This document shows, piece by piece, positions 1 through 13,082 of a stretch of DNA of 64,000 nucleotides. The stretch lies in assembly GCA_030704615.1 (NCBI GenBank), contig CM060732.1, positions 50,406,001 to 50,470,000 of the forward strand. Reading direction: 5' to 3'. The stretch is from Takakia lepidozioides (taxonomy: Eukaryota > Plantae > Bryophyta). Position 1 is the stretch's first letter. Each line of letters begins with the position of its first letter. Position numbers and translations under genes: made by a program. Below the pieces are notes generated by a model. It did not search any database. It saw only the letters and a program-made list of their open reading frames with translations, and was not told the DNA's origin.

Positions 1-900
1 CTAGCTTTCGAAGGCTTTGTCTGCGTCTGCACTAAGGGTCCCCTCTGTGGGCATGTAAACACAACCCACATTAGGTCCTTCATACTCACACCGCCCTTCA
101 AATTCAGTTTCAGCTGGATACTGTGCTTGTACTGCAGACCCTTGTTGATAATTTCACAATTGTCACACAAGAAATCATGGACAAAGAAGCCAGCACCTCT
201 CTGACCAGGCTTGGCAGAGGTTGCCTTAAGTGCACACATCTTGCCGAACCAATAATACCCTTTGATGTGTCCAACCAGTTTGTCCGAGGTTCCCATGTCT
301 CTTGCCCTGCACAGATATGAATACCATTTGCCTGAAGAACTTGTCCCTTTCCAAATTTGTTCCTTTGGTTAGTCAGCCTTGAGAAGTTGAAAGTAGCCGC
401 AAGCCAGCCCTTTGCATATGGATTGTTTGCTGTCTAGGTAGCCTATGGTTGCTCTTGCACCGCCAACCCTTCTGCAAAGGGGTTACCCCGAATGTAGATC
501 TTGCTCGTCTCGTGTAAACTTTAAGGATTGGCAAACCATTCAGAGTACCATATCCTTCAGTCAATGCTCAGGCTCAGCACACTTAGAGCCAGCTCGTCTG
601 TCTGGCTGCTTGGTACCAACCTCATCCAGGGCTTCAAACCAGTTAGAAACTTTCAAGTTGAAGTCCCCACCCTTGGTTGTCTTCCTAGAGCGCCTCATCG
701 AATCACCAATGTCTAATACCGCTCTCCAGTCAGTCTTTCTTTGAGCTTGATTTGATGCGAGACTCTATTTGTAGCAGGTTTAGATACTGCAACCTTCAAA
801 GTACCTGTTATCAAGTCTCGAGATGGAGCCATTAGCCACATAATCCAAGCCTAGGCTGGAGCAGGTAGTTTTAAAAGACACAGTCCATCCTGGGATTCAC
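1..900 (-). mobile_element. Highly degenerate Ty3/gypsy remnant inside an ABCB intron
   Basis: Minus-strand fragments read ...KGIIGS... and ...GAGFFV..LC...INK..., resembling the RT N-terminal motif (KGFIRPS.SP.GAGFFFV..KDG..R.C.DYR.LNK). No intact ORF. Confidence 0.35.
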
Positions 901-1288
901 CTCCAAAACTACACATGAAGCCCTAGATTTTCTTAAATAACCAATTCCCAGGAATCATCCTGGGGAGTGTTGTTATCGACAATGGTATGGTGTAATATTT
1001 GATTTCGCATGCTATAAGTTTAAGCACAAGGACCAACCCTAGCCCAAGTGCCAAGCATGCTAGACAGAGCATACAACTGCCCATACTGGGTGGAGGGGCT
1101 GCTCCCAAGCTGTAGGGGTCCGCCTTCAGAGATCATACTCCAGGGACCTGCAGGCAACGGCCTGCATAGGTATATTCTAAAGATGGAAAGGCCCCAAACT
1201 CTCTCCAACAGACATTTATCTACTCCCATATCAAGTCCAGCCAATGGTAATGTGCTTCCTAGAGGACAGGGAGAGGGAAAAAGAGAGG

Positions 1289-1480
1289 GAATGTACTCAT
1301 AAGACGTTTTTTGCTGTAGCCTTGTGGCCATTGACCCCGCCCTCAGTTCGAGCGGAATGGAAGAAGAGAGAGAGAGAGAGAATTTACTTATCGGACTTTA
1401 TTTGCAGTAGCTTAGAGAATGTACTCATAAGACGTTGTTTGCCGTAGCCTGCAGTAGCTTAGAGAGAGAAATAGAGAGAG
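1289..1480. repeat. Short direct duplication with (GA)n tracts in the ABCB intron
   Basis: GAATGTACTCATAAGACGTTxTTTGCxGTAGCCT occurs at ~1289 and ~1417. GCAGTAGCTTAGAGA occurs twice. GA runs at 1363-1380 and 1460-1482. Confidence 0.7.
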
Positions 1481-1556
1481 AGTGTAGCTCTTGTTGAACT
1501 TTTCTCTGTTGGTGTTTGAGGTAGATGCACTCACCTCAGATGTGTGCATTTTGTAG

Positions 1557-3909
1557 GTATCCTGCGAAATGAGGTGGGCTGGTTTGATTTAGATGAGAAC
1601 AACAGTGGGCAGGTGACATCTCGCCTAGCATCTAATGCAACAACTGTCCGGGGTGCACTTGGGGACCGTCTATCCTTGATGGTCCAAAACTTTACGTTGC
1701 TGCTGACTACGGTTCTGATAGCATTGATTGTACAGTGGCGTATGGCCCTTGTTATGTTGGCCACCTTACCGCTGCTTATTGGTGCCACTATTGGGCAGGT
1801 AAAACTGTCTTCCTTGCCCTATCTCATGCTTAGTCTGGTTGATGTCTTACCAACCTTCCTTTTTCTGGAGCTTGATCCATTGCAGTGAATGCTTTCCCTC
1901 GCTGTGTGTGTTGCAGCAAATGTTCTTAAAAGGGTTTTCGGGAGACATATCCAAGGCGCATGCGAGAGCAAGCATGGTGGCTGGGGAGGCAGTAAGCAAC
2001 ATCCGGACAGTGGCATCCTTCAACGCTGAGGAAAAAGTACTTGGGCTCTTTACCCGCGAGATGGAGGGCCCCATGGAAAAAAACTTCTTGCGAGGCCAGG
2101 TACTAAGTGATTTACGTTTGTCAAATTTGTCATTTTAATTGAAAAAAAGCTTTCTCTCTCTTATTCTTGGGTTCTGGTTTTGTTTCCTCTCTCATGTTTT
2201 TTTCTTCCATTCTGTCCCATAAGCTCTGTGAGCTTTCCGCGGACGTTATAAATCACCATTTCATTTCATTTCATTTCTCTCATATTTTTGGTCCAAACCT
2301 TTCAGCTTTGAAAAGTGCCTGGCAGGAACCTTCATGAGGCACTTCGTCTTGGGCATGGCTTGATGTTTCTGAAGTTGTTTCTTGTTGTTGCACATTGTCC
2401 CATGTGGTGTGAGGGACCCCTGTGTTTCTCTGTTTCTATCTCTTGTGTTTGGCTGGATATTTGCCAATCTTTTCAATGATGTATGTATGAATAAGTTGTT
2501 GGGAATTGAAGGACCACCAAACTGGTACAAAGTCTGTATTAGACCATCGAGAAAAGTAACCAGCAAAAACCTCTCTGAGAACTGATTTTGTGGACCAGGT
2601 GGCAGGTCTCGGCTTCGGGTTCTCTCAGCTAGCTTTGTACGGAGCCTACGGGTTAGGTCTATGGTATGGGGGCCAGTTGGTGAAGGATAACTTGACACAT
2701 TTTGCTAATGTCATCAAAGTCTTTATGGTTGTCATTGTATCTGCCTTTGCCATTGCTGAGACGCTTGCTCTGGCCCCTGACATAGCGAAAGCAGGCCAAG
2801 CCGTCGGTGGAGTTTTTGAAGTGCTCGACCGCGACACAAGGATAGATCCAAATGACCTAGAGGCTGAGATGGTACAATCTATCAAGGGGGATATTGAACT
2901 GAGAAAAGTTGAGTTTAGCTACCCCTCTCGCCCAGAACTCTCCATTTTCACAGACTTCAATCTGAGGGTACAGGCTGGAAAAAGCCTAGCACTCGTAGGG
3001 TCAAGTGGGTCAGGAAAGAGCTCAGTGATTTCCCTGATTGAGAGGTTCTATGATCCCACGTCTGGCCGGGTGATGATCGATGGGAAAGACATCAGAAAAG
3101 TGAATCTGAAAAGTCTTCGGCGACACATTGGCCTTGTGCAGCAGGAACCTGCCTTGTTTGCCACCAGCATTTATGATAACATTCTCTATGGTAGAGAGGG
3201 GGCATCTGAGTCTGAGATTATTGAGGCAGCCAAATCAGCTAATGCTCACAACTTTGTTAGTGCCCTGCCTGACGGCTACAAAACTCAGGTTGGGGAAAGG
3301 GGGCTCCAACTCTCTGGTGGCCAGAAACAGCGGGTGGCTATTGCTCGGGCAGTCTTGAAGAATCCAGCAATATTGCTGCTGGATGAGGCCACCAGTGCGC
3401 TCGATGCCGAGTCGGAGCAGATTGTGCAGGAGGCCTTGGACAGGCTAATGCAGGTATAGTGTTGTCTGACAAGGGTTCGCATTTCTGTGGGGCAGTTGTG
3501 ATATAATGTACATCAGGGTAGTGGGGCGAGACTCTCTCACAAATAATTCCCACTTTTTCCCTTGTGCTTAACCTTTGTTCTGATATTCCACAACAGGTGA
3601 CGCCATTGTCTGTAGGTTTATGGGAAGGAAACTTCATAACTTCAAGATGTATAAGAGAGTTAGGATCTGATTTGGGGTTGGTACACGTTTTTGGAATTTT
3701 GCTACTGAATTGCAGGTCCTCTTGTGTGATTGCAGCGGCGCACATCATTGATAGTAGCACACAGACTCTCGACTATTCGCAATGCTAATAGCATAGCCTT
3801 GATCCAGGATGGTGCCATCATTGAACAAGGCACACATCAGGAGCTTGTTAGTAAACCCAATGGTGCATATTCTCGCCTGATCAGCTTGCAACAGCAGAGC
3901 AAATTCTGA
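1557..3909 (+). CDS. ABCB: ABC transporter B family (MDR/PGP) gene, 3' part. Exons 1557-1798, 1917-2099, 2599-3453, 3736-3909; the 5' part lies upstream of the window.
   Basis: TMD2 motif [10 protein letters not shown]...SRLA..AT.VR.A.GDR, Walker [10 protein letters not shown]-loop LVQQEP, signature [14 protein letters not shown], Walker [14 protein letters not shown]-loop [16 protein letters not shown] introns join in frame to a TGA at 3907-3909. Confidence 0.95.
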
Positions 3910-4551
3910 GGTCAAATAGATTGGTTGAAGCTTTTGGGTAGCGTGGTGTCACTGAATAGGACATTAGTTGAGTTTTGTTCCTAGTATGATTATCTCCAAA
4001 ATGTGTAGTTGCCCTGGTATCGTCAGTTTCTCTTTGGCTTATGTGTATTGATGCTGCTCCATATATATCATATATCCCTGGGGGATACAATCCCCCTGAA
4101 GTTGCTGTTATAGTCAGAAAAGGGAATATGATTATGCTTTTTGGACATTACAATAAGAGAGATGACCCTGCAGACATGTAAGCTGAAACCGAAATGGACC
4201 CTAACTCAGCTCATTGCAGACTACTATATGTTTTGCAAGCAATCACAAATGCGCGTGTATCATTATGGCCTGAAACTCTCAGTGTTTTCACTATTATGTC
4301 TCTGTCACAACTACTCTGTAGTTATGTGTGCCTAGACAGTCTGACTGTTTACAGCATTTATTGACCTCTATCTCTCTCTTACAAAGTCTCTGGGGAAATA
4401 TTGTCATTATTGTAATGATCATGAAGATTCTAATATAAATTTACAATTACATTTCAGAGTTCCTCTCCTGTCCTTTAAAAACTTCCATTACTTTGCCTTT
4501 TATAGTGCCTCCTCAAAACCACTATCTCAGGCAACTCTAACATGAAGTGTT

Positions 4552-4790
4552 GTGTCTCTTCACACCCTTGTCCCTGAACACTATATCCCATAAAAGCCGG
4601 GCATTGAATATCTCTCCGGGCACTGAACCTGAGCGCAATATACAGCGCACTGAACTCCCTGAATACAAGTCAACGGTGCGTGTCAGCAGCTTGGCAGCAC
4701 CTCCTGCCAATGGGAGCCGAGCTGCGCGGGGATACCGTGGGTGATTCAGGGGCAAGGGTGTGCGCGAGGAGGGGCTGCCTCACCAGAGAC
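4552..4790. other. GC-rich foldback (hairpin-forming) segment
   Basis: CACACCCTTGTCCCTGAACAC (4561-4581) pairs with GTGATTCAGGGGCAAGGGTGTG (4741-4762). Additional inner and outer complementary arms. Confidence 0.55.
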
Positions 4791-6089
4791 CCAATAGGCC
4801 CTGAATGGATCACTTTAATTTTGGCGTTATAGAAAAGACGTTACAGGGAGTCTTTCGGGCTAGAGGGTGGGGATGCTCTTACGAGGCTGCCCTTCATCCC
4901 CGAACTCAGCTTTCAACCTTAGCTCTCCATCTTGTGAAATATGAACTCCAACACCCCTAAAGGACGAGCCCGTTTTTGGTGGGCCCATTCCAAAATGGAA
5001 CATGCCCTCATGTTTGAGGGCATATATGACATATGACAAACATCCAGGGGGATGAACCGAATGAAAATAATCCTACTTCAGGAACCTATTGTAACAATTT
5101 CAGTTGATTTCACCGTGTCATGAAGATTATAACGAAAATGCAAGCTGTAAATGTTTATTGTGTTGGAGTGAAAAAATGGTTTGACCAAGCAATTGGCCTG
5201 GCAAAATGAATTTTCATTGATATAGCATACCCAGATTCTAATTGCCTGGCATGTACAGCACCTTGGGCCAGAATTCCAAAACCAAATTCCAAAACCACAT
5301 GAAGGTTTCTTTTTATGGGAATATAGGTGGGTCAAAAAGACTATCCATTACAATTGACCCCAAATCTGCCTCAAATATGTCCAAATTTTCATCACAATGT
5401 GAATTCCTCTGATCATATTGTTCCTTGCATGTAAACTCACTACCATAAAAAATTTGGAAGCATCCTAACCTATCTACATGCATAGATGAATTTTCTAACC
5501 TATCTACATGCAAAATGAATTTTCATGGTACAGGCCACCCATATCCTGCCACGTCGGTAGGTCAAAGCTACTGGAGGGCCCTGAATTGGGTAACTATGCA
5601 CACTAAAAAAATTACTGACGGCAGTGCTTTTATTATCTTAGGGTTGCCATAAAGACAGGCAGGTGCATGACGTCACGACGCACAACTTTCAGTCAGAAAG
5701 TTTCCCGATGTCATCCAACGATTTGCCATTGTGGCAAATCAATTTTTGATTTATGACGCGATCCGAAGCGGGTCGCGTTGTCCATTAGGGGTTAAGATTT
5801 CATCCATTAAATTATCTTCATCTGTTCACCATGTTTCGTGACAGTCTCACTAGGAAGATGATGAGGGAGAATTGTTTTCTGAAGAGTTTTTTCTTTTTTA
5901 ATTAATTAAATTTCTTGTTAGCGGGATAGTAGCCTGGAGAAGACTTTAGATAGTGAAATATAGTATCAAAGTGTGAGATATGTTCAATTTTTTTAGTCTT
6001 CGAGTGTATTTCATTGCAACAATTTCAATAATGAGTTTTTTTTTTTTTTTTTTTCTTATCCCTGATGTCCTCGTAGCCCTCTTTCTCCC

Positions 6090-7046
6090 AAACCTGCAGG
6101 TTTTCCAGGGATCTCTTACCATTGTGTCATGCAAAGAGCACAACATTCTGTCCAAGGATTCTTGTGTTGCCAGTAATGCTCGTGACTTCATTTTTCTAAG
6201 ATCGTGCCAAATTATTTTCATCAACCAATTCTATCAGAATGGGCACATCTCCAAGCTTCGGAGTCTTGGATTCTTTTGCATACCACACTGAAAATACCTC
6301 CAGGGCCATCTACACCTTAGGAAGCTTTGCGTCTTTCTTCTCTTGAGGACTCATTTGGAAGTACAATTGTTTTCCACCGGGGTTTTTTTTCCCTTAGTCC
6401 CAAATCTTCTTGAAATCTGCAGCCAGACTCTCCCATTTATCCTAACTCTAGTACGCACTATGATTCACACCATGCTCGACACAGGTGTCTTCTATAGGAA
6501 GAGCTCTCCTCCCAACCTTAGAAGCCTCAGGATCAGACAATGATGGGCTTCACCCCCGAGCTCAAAGTTTTACATCACAAAAGTATGTTTTCTCAGATCT
6601 TGTAGCACCTGTTCAAACCTAATCTCTTAGGATCTAAAACCTACAAAGATACAACTGTTTATATACTACTAATTGATAGTAACATCTAAGCTGAATCATT
6701 ATAGACTAACTACGTTTTCTACACTCCCACTTAGTGAGGTCTTTCATCAACTTGTAGTGTTTCCTTGTAAGTTCTTGAACTACGATCTGAGCTGTCCACC
6801 AGCCTTGCAGTACACTTCTCGTGCTTGAGCTTTTGCAAACTTGCGCCACCTCTATATGCTTGGTCCTTGAGGATTTTGACTTAGCGCTATGGCACTTTGA
6901 TTATCGCAGTACAAAGTTGTTGCAAATGACTGCACATAGCCCAAATCGCCTAGTTCCTGAATTAAGTAGCTGCTTGAGTGATAGACATATACTCTGCTTC
7001 CGTAGATGAGAGCGCTATTGAAGTTTGTCTGCCAGTATTGTGCGGG
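6090..7046 (-). mobile_element. Degenerate Ty1/copia remnant (RNase H end, PPT, LTR-like segment, gag-like fragment)
   Basis: The copia RNase H motif ELG....TTLYCDNQSAIALSQNP is at 6852-7055. A PPT-like AAGTGGGAG followed by TGT is at ~6732-6721 on the minus strand. A KSRALL...DRML..LHD....DPWK gag-like piece is at ~6090-6220. Confidence 0.6.
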
Positions 7047-8565
7047 TAGTGTCATTTCAAGGAACCCATCAGGTCCGGGTTTGGGTTTTGTTCTAGAGCC
7101 AAGTCCGGTCCAGATCCGGGTTTTTGAAATTGGGAAAATTCGGGTCTTGGTTCAGGTCCTAATTAATTAGAATAATTGAGAGTAATTGAAAAAATATATC
7201 TTTGGCTGGAAAAAAATTAAATCCTAATGGCGTAATTTAAGACCCACCCATCAATTTCAATTCTAAACATGGTTAAAAAAATAGCATGCCTCATAGTCTA
7301 TAGCAAAAAAACCTTCACACCACACCCTAAACAAACCAATAACCAAATGAGAGAGAGGAGAAGGAGGATTAACTGGTAGAAGCTCAAGTGAGGGAGGAGA
7401 AGCGCACAATTATAAGATAAGTGCCACATTTTATTATCTGTATTATGGAATGGCAAGCAGCTGCCCATTATGCCAATTAGAGGCTTTTTCTTTTTCTTTT
7501 TGTAAAGAGGCTTTAGACCTTAATGGTCTTTTACAAAGTCAAACTTACAATAATTTGAAGAGCATAATGAGCAGCTCGGCAGCCTCCGATTGCCTGGACA
7601 TCGTCATGGGCTGTACAAAATCAAGCCTATGTTTATGCCAAAGCATATTGCGCTAGCACTATTCTTCTTCTTAGTTTGCCTCTATACCAGTCGGCGAAAT
7701 CTCCCTAAAAAATCCTTAACCTAGAGAGGGCCTCTCATTTTTGAATAATTGGGTCTTTAAGTCTCAGTGTGGGCTAGGCACGGACGCACGGATGCGGGGT
7801 CGCCCGTGCCTTCCCCCGCGACCACCCGGTGGGTCTACTCGCGAATCCCGGTCCGCTCGGGTGGTCTACTCGCGGGTCGGGGTATGCTCGGGTCCAACTA
7901 TAGGGTCTACTCGCGGGTCCGGGTCTTCTCGGGTCTGGTGGGGACTTAGAAAATTTCTCGGGTCTGCTCGGGACTTGGAAAATTTTCCGGAAGAACTCGC
8001 CCGTAAAAAGGACCATCATTAATGCACGTGTAACATCAGCCAAAGTTGAACCCCCTGTCCTCACATATACCAATCAATGCCCCCAACCACCATACTATCC
8101 ACTACTTGCTATTTCACCAGTAATTTTTTTATCTGTTAACCTAGAAAACAGCCCCAATCAGCCCCAACGTGGCCTAGGAGGTGGACCCACCTTCAGGTTG
8201 GGGCTTGCGGACCCTACCTCACGGCAGACCCTATCTGGCTGCATATGTTACCTGGTGGACCCAGGCCGGGCCATGGGTCGTGGCGGGGCCACCCCCTGCC
8301 TTGCCTAGCAGACACGTGAGACTTAAAGACCCAATCATTCAAAAATGAGAAGCCTATTATAGGTACATATTATTAATCTTAAAACCCATACCCGACTCGC
8401 TCGACAGCCCTAGGTAGGTCGCAAGTACTGCGGGTTTTGGATCCACTAGGGGAGTCGGGGTTGGGGTCCGGGTTACCGGATCCTAACCCGCCAGGTACCT
8501 GGGTCCAGACAACACAGGTTTTAACCTACAGAACCGGAATCATGTTTCACACATGGAAACGCATT
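7047..8565. mobile_element. Probable non-autonomous DNA transposon (hAT-like subterminal CGGGTC/ACCCG motifs) with an internal ~50-bp inverted repeat
   Basis: Clusters of CCGGGT/CGGGTC near both ends. Inverted repeat 7733-7780 vs 8302-8350. The segment interrupts the copia RNase H. TIR and TSD not resolved. Confidence 0.35.
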
Positions 8566-10581
8566 GTTACTTTTGCAGATCTAAAAATTTGGCTTCTGCA
8601 ATTGTAGAGCTAATGACATGTATGTCATGTTAGCATTTAAAGGAGGCCAAATAGAGGTGGCATGGCATGTGTACAATTTTCTAAAAATGAGGGGCTCATG
8701 GAGGGAGACCCAATATGGCCAACCTTCAAGAGTGGTGCTCACTCCATCTGCATTTTTTGGGACAAATTTGTGACTGGATCCCAAAAACCAATTACACAAT
8801 GCCATTGGATATGTGCCATGTCACTTACTCACTGGAAAAATTATGGAATTGTGGAAACATTTTTTACTTGAATAATAATATATAGTATATGACGCCTCCC
8901 GAAGGAAGCGTAAATTAATTATGGTGTCTCCTGACCCCCAAGGGCTACTGCCTTCCAGCAGGAAGGAGGACACCTTTGTGACACCAATCAGTGGATTGAA
9001 CCCACAACCACTTCCGAGGTGGTATGTGCCCATTACCACTGGGCTACAATGGGTCTTCATAGTTTTGTAGTCAGAACAATGATGCCTTTTTAAAGATGTC
9101 TGAGTTGGATGTTTGCGAACTCACTCCTTCCAGCAGTTAGGGGTTTTGCCCTTGTTTGGGTTTCAGAAAGGCATGGTTGTCTGATGTTTCTGTGTAGGGA
9201 AGCTTTGCTTGAATGGGCATTTCCTGTAGCATATCCACAGAACAAAGATGCAAAGGGAGTGTTCAATAACATGGCTGGACGAGCTTTAGTAGATGGTCAT
9301 CTGGAAGTACCTGCAGCTGAGTCTATAGAATCACACACCTCCGCCATGACCACTCCTAAAATTGGACCAAGAGACAGAGTCTACAAGATCTCTTTTGGCA
9401 CTTGTAGGCAGGTGAGGATGCCATGTAAGGCAGGACACTTGAAAGAGGAGGCATTCAGCAGACTTTTGTAGGGATGTGTCCCCTTTGCAACAGACATTCT
9501 CCAACGTGGATTTAAGCCAAACATATTTCTGTACAAAACCCTCCTCAACATGTATCATTGTCGAGTGCAAAAGTATCATGCATGCACACATGTTTGATAC
9601 TATGCCTGAACTGTAGAGACAGCACATTCATCAGTCAAGTAGACAACAAACTAGCAAAAAAGGTACAGGATTTAACTCCAAGTGGATTCAAGTGTCTCTG
9701 GCCAGTATGCCTTCATAAGTCTTAGCATTGAAGATCCTCACATGGACACACCAAAAGAAGCTATGGGAAGTAACTTCCAATCCTTGTTCTGCAAGATATT
9801 TGTCCCTGGAAAGTTAGACTGGTAGACTGGGCTCGCTTCTTGAACAATCATATTCATCAGGAAACTACACTACACGAATAACCTTGCACTCTTGCAGAAT
9901 TGCAAGGCCTTCCAGCGTTCCTGTGGATCATAGGCGCTTTTTTCCAACCAAATCTCCACCGATATTTATCGGTGTTTTGTGTTTTGTGTTTGTGTTTTGT
10001 GTTGAATCCCAATTTCCTCTTCAAATCCACGATTGTCTGAGTTGTTCTTGGTTTCACTTACTGGAGGATTCCACCTGGAGTGGAGCATAGCATTTGGTGG
10101 GTGTGTAAATTATATAACACACATACAGGTAGATGTGTCACATTTCAGGTGGTATTCTGCCAGTGAGAAACCTGGGAGATGTTTCGCTTAGACTGCAACT
10201 TATTCAGGGCGAGAAGCTCTGTCAGATGACAAAACATTCAAATGACAGTGAGTGCCATTGAGATGTAACAGAGGCTGTGGTAAAACAGACAAGGATCCCT
10301 CCAGAAAGGTCTGAGCTTCGGAAGTATGAGCCAATGTGAAGTGGGGACTCTCCACCTCTTACATTCAGGATGCCAAACACGGGTGTCTTCTTGCGTGATT
10401 GTGACTTGCACATATCTGTGTTTATCCTAAAGGACAAATTCACCCGACCAGTGTTATTCCTTTGAGACCAGTGGCATTCCCTGTGGGTGGACTTGAATAA
10501 AGAGAAGCAAATCCTGGACCACTCAAATCTGCATATATGACACGTTCACCGGGTGCTCCCCTGTCATCAGGTCACGAACTT

Positions 10582-10614
<33 letters not shown>

Positions 10615-11636
10615 CCCATAAGTGAAGCTTTACCTCTCACTGATATCCTTATAAACTGGTGGTTGAGCATGGCTAGTACTGCTTGGTTGCAGGAGCCTGG
10701 AAACATGAGGCTGCCTTAGCACATCTTGGAATTGCAGAAGTCATCACTAAGCCTCCCCACCAGATCAGGATCTAATGGACGTTTCCTGCTTTCTGACATG
10801 GGCTGTCACAAAGAAGGGAACGCTGCATGCTTCTTCATTCTGCTGCCTGTGCTGGACTGAAACAAAGCCCTTTCTGTGAGGAGGGATGACCACGAGAGAT
10901 ATGCCCTGATTAGACTTTGTTTTCCGTAGCCTTGAGCCATACCAGTGGGTACAGAGAAGGAAATGCCAGAGGGAAGGGAGAACATAATGGGTGGCCTTAC
11001 CTGAGTATAGAATGTTGTTCTGTCTTCCACATTTGCTCCAAAAAGCTATCAACTCTGGAATTAATTTGAATGCGAGCATCACCCTACGAGGGCAACAGCT
11101 TTTAGCATTGTCAAGAAGAAAGAAAGCAGACAGAGACTTTTACTGGCTGCAGGGGCCCGAGCCATGGAGAGAGAAAACAAAGAAAAATGAAATTAGTTTG
11201 CCTGAGCCAGAGATAAACAAACAAGAATAAAAGAATTTAAATAATCTGTGTGAGGCTCAAAAGCCCAAATGGACAGAGAAATGCGCGAAAGAACTTTAAC
11301 ATGTATGCGGAATCATTCTCATACTGTCCTCATTGCCATGAGCAGACCTTCACTAACTGGCTGTTACCTGCAGTCTAGGACAAGCCGCATTCATTGCCCA
11401 AGCAGAATAGCAATAGATCACTGCCATATGCTGATCTTATGGTTGAGTTCAATAATTTCCAAACCAGTGAGTAAACAATGTCAAGGTAGATCAGGTGATA
11501 GTCTTCTGAACAACTTGCTGGTTATTTCTGGCAGCAAATGAAGGCAATAGAAATCTCATATGTCTCCAACAGATGCAGTGATCGACACACCTGGATAAAT
11601 TAGGGATGAAAGACTACCGAAACCACCTTGTACCCA

Positions 11637-12398
11637 TTACGTATAGCTTGCAAGCTGTGCTTCCAGCTCTGCAATGCGGTTTTCTCTCTGGCGTAGGAGC
11701 TCATTGTCCTTCTCGTGCGCTGTTTCAACCCCCTGTATCTTACTTTCTAATCCGTGGATTTCTTCCTCCCAAGCCTCATCCGTAACCTCAAAGATCCCGT
11801 GCGCCACTCGAACTATGCGCCACAGTGATAAAATGACTAGCAACCCCACAGTCTCGGCATCTAAAAATATCTCCAAGGCAAGGGCAGTCGTCACCACCAC
11901 CAGATCCAACACGTAGCCCGGATGCCGGAAGAAGTTAAGACCGAAAGCAACCATGAGGCCAACCACATTGAGAAACAGCACACACAGAATTGCAATGCTG
12001 ATCCAGTATGTCCACACCCATTCCTCGCTTTTGTCAAAATGTGATACGCACTGGCAGGCTTCGAGATATGTGGTGCAAACACCCAAATCATGTGATTTGT
12101 TGTGTATTGTCTTTAAGATATCAATTGCCGTGGCCAGCAAATCAATCAGTAATAGCGACACAAGGAAGACATGCATGTATGTAGATTCCAGAGCATCTGC
12201 AAGCGTCTTCTGCCAACCGTACCTCTCATCCTCTCGAAATGTAAACATGGCATGTTTTCCACTAGCCTTGGCCCTCCACACATCAGTAACATGAGCCAGA
12301 GAGGCCTTCAGATCCTGGAGCCCGCTTTCACCCCTTCCTTCATCACCCACCTCGTTCTTCCGCAAAAGGGCCGCCTTCAAGCCATCTTCCGAATCCAT
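11637..12398 (-). CDS. HV1: Voltage-gated proton channel, Hv1/HVCN1-like (intronless, 253 aa)
   Basis: Four TM helices with no pore domain. S1 LLLIDLLATAID contains the selectivity-Asp equivalent; S3 YVLDLVVV; S4 LVILSLWRIVRVAHG (human LRLWRVARIING); C-terminal coiled coil. Confidence 0.88.
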   Translation of the reverse strand: MDSEDGLKAALLRKNEVGDEGRGESGLQDLKASLAHVTDVWRAKASGKHAMFTFREDERYGWQKTLADALESTYMHVFLVSLLLIDLLATAIDILKTIHNKSHDLGVCTTYLEACQCVSHFDKSEEWVWTYWISIAILCVLFLNVVGLMVAFGLNFFRHPGYVLDLVVVTTALALEIFLDAETVGLLVILSLWRIVRVAHGIFEVTDEAWEEEIHGLESKIQGVETAHEKDNELLRQRENRIAELEAQLASYT

Positions 12399-12577
12399 CT
12401 CTCCTTCCCCACTTGTTCACCGCAGCTCTTTCACTCCTCCCCCCTGCCTGCTTCTTCAATCTGGCAGCTTTCCACCATAGCCCGCAGACCTCCACTTCCA
12501 ACACCACCCTCCCCCCTCTCCGGATCATCACTCTCCACAAACCCCCTCTTCATAATAGCACTATCATACTAATACTC

Positions 12578-12798
12578 TTTTTTCTTTTTTCTTTTTAAGA
12601 GGAAACCTGGGAGCGACTGCTCACAATTCAGGCCCTTGAGGAGGGGGAAAAATTAACCCCCTTTCAGATAAGCCATTAGGCACACAGGTGGGAAACGTCA
12701 CCAACGATCCACACACCAGGCAGGGCAGCGGGTTTTGAACCCCGAACCACCAGGGCGACACACTGTGCACTTACCAGCTGAGCTACCAGCCGATGTGC
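12578..12798 (-). mobile_element. tRNA-derived SINE, copy 1
   Basis: Minus strand has A box TAGCTCAGCTGG, B box GGTTCAAAACC, a unique body and an A-rich tail. Flanking repeat TACTCTT. A near-identical second copy lies 500 bp away. Confidence 0.8.
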
Positions 12799-13082
12799 AT
12801 TACTCTTATTATTACTAGGGCTTCGCGTTGCTCCGCACTACTAGCGACAAATTCTGATAACTACGTTCAATTTTCACAAAAAGGGGTGGGTTATCCCCAT
12901 GGTGTTATATACAAACATCCTGTATTTCTTTGTTTTTCAGAAGAATATGGCGAAGTGTTGCCCAAGTTTTCATGTCACGTCTCCACATTTCCTTGTTTGA
13001 TGCAGCTAATTCTATCTACGCCCAAGAAGTGAGGGGGAGGGATTTAGCATTTGTTTTGTCTAGAGCGGAAGTAGGTTGAGAA

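Noticed and set aside
8580-11630. Additional gene between ABCB and Hv1
   Set aside because: Only short ORFs with no recognisable motif. A few minus-strand splice-like signals could be Hv1 3' UTR introns but cannot be supported.
12725-12798. tRNA gene (A and B boxes), also at 13210-13286
   Set aside because: No proper acceptor or anticodon stems; followed by a shared body and A-rich tail, so it is a SINE head.
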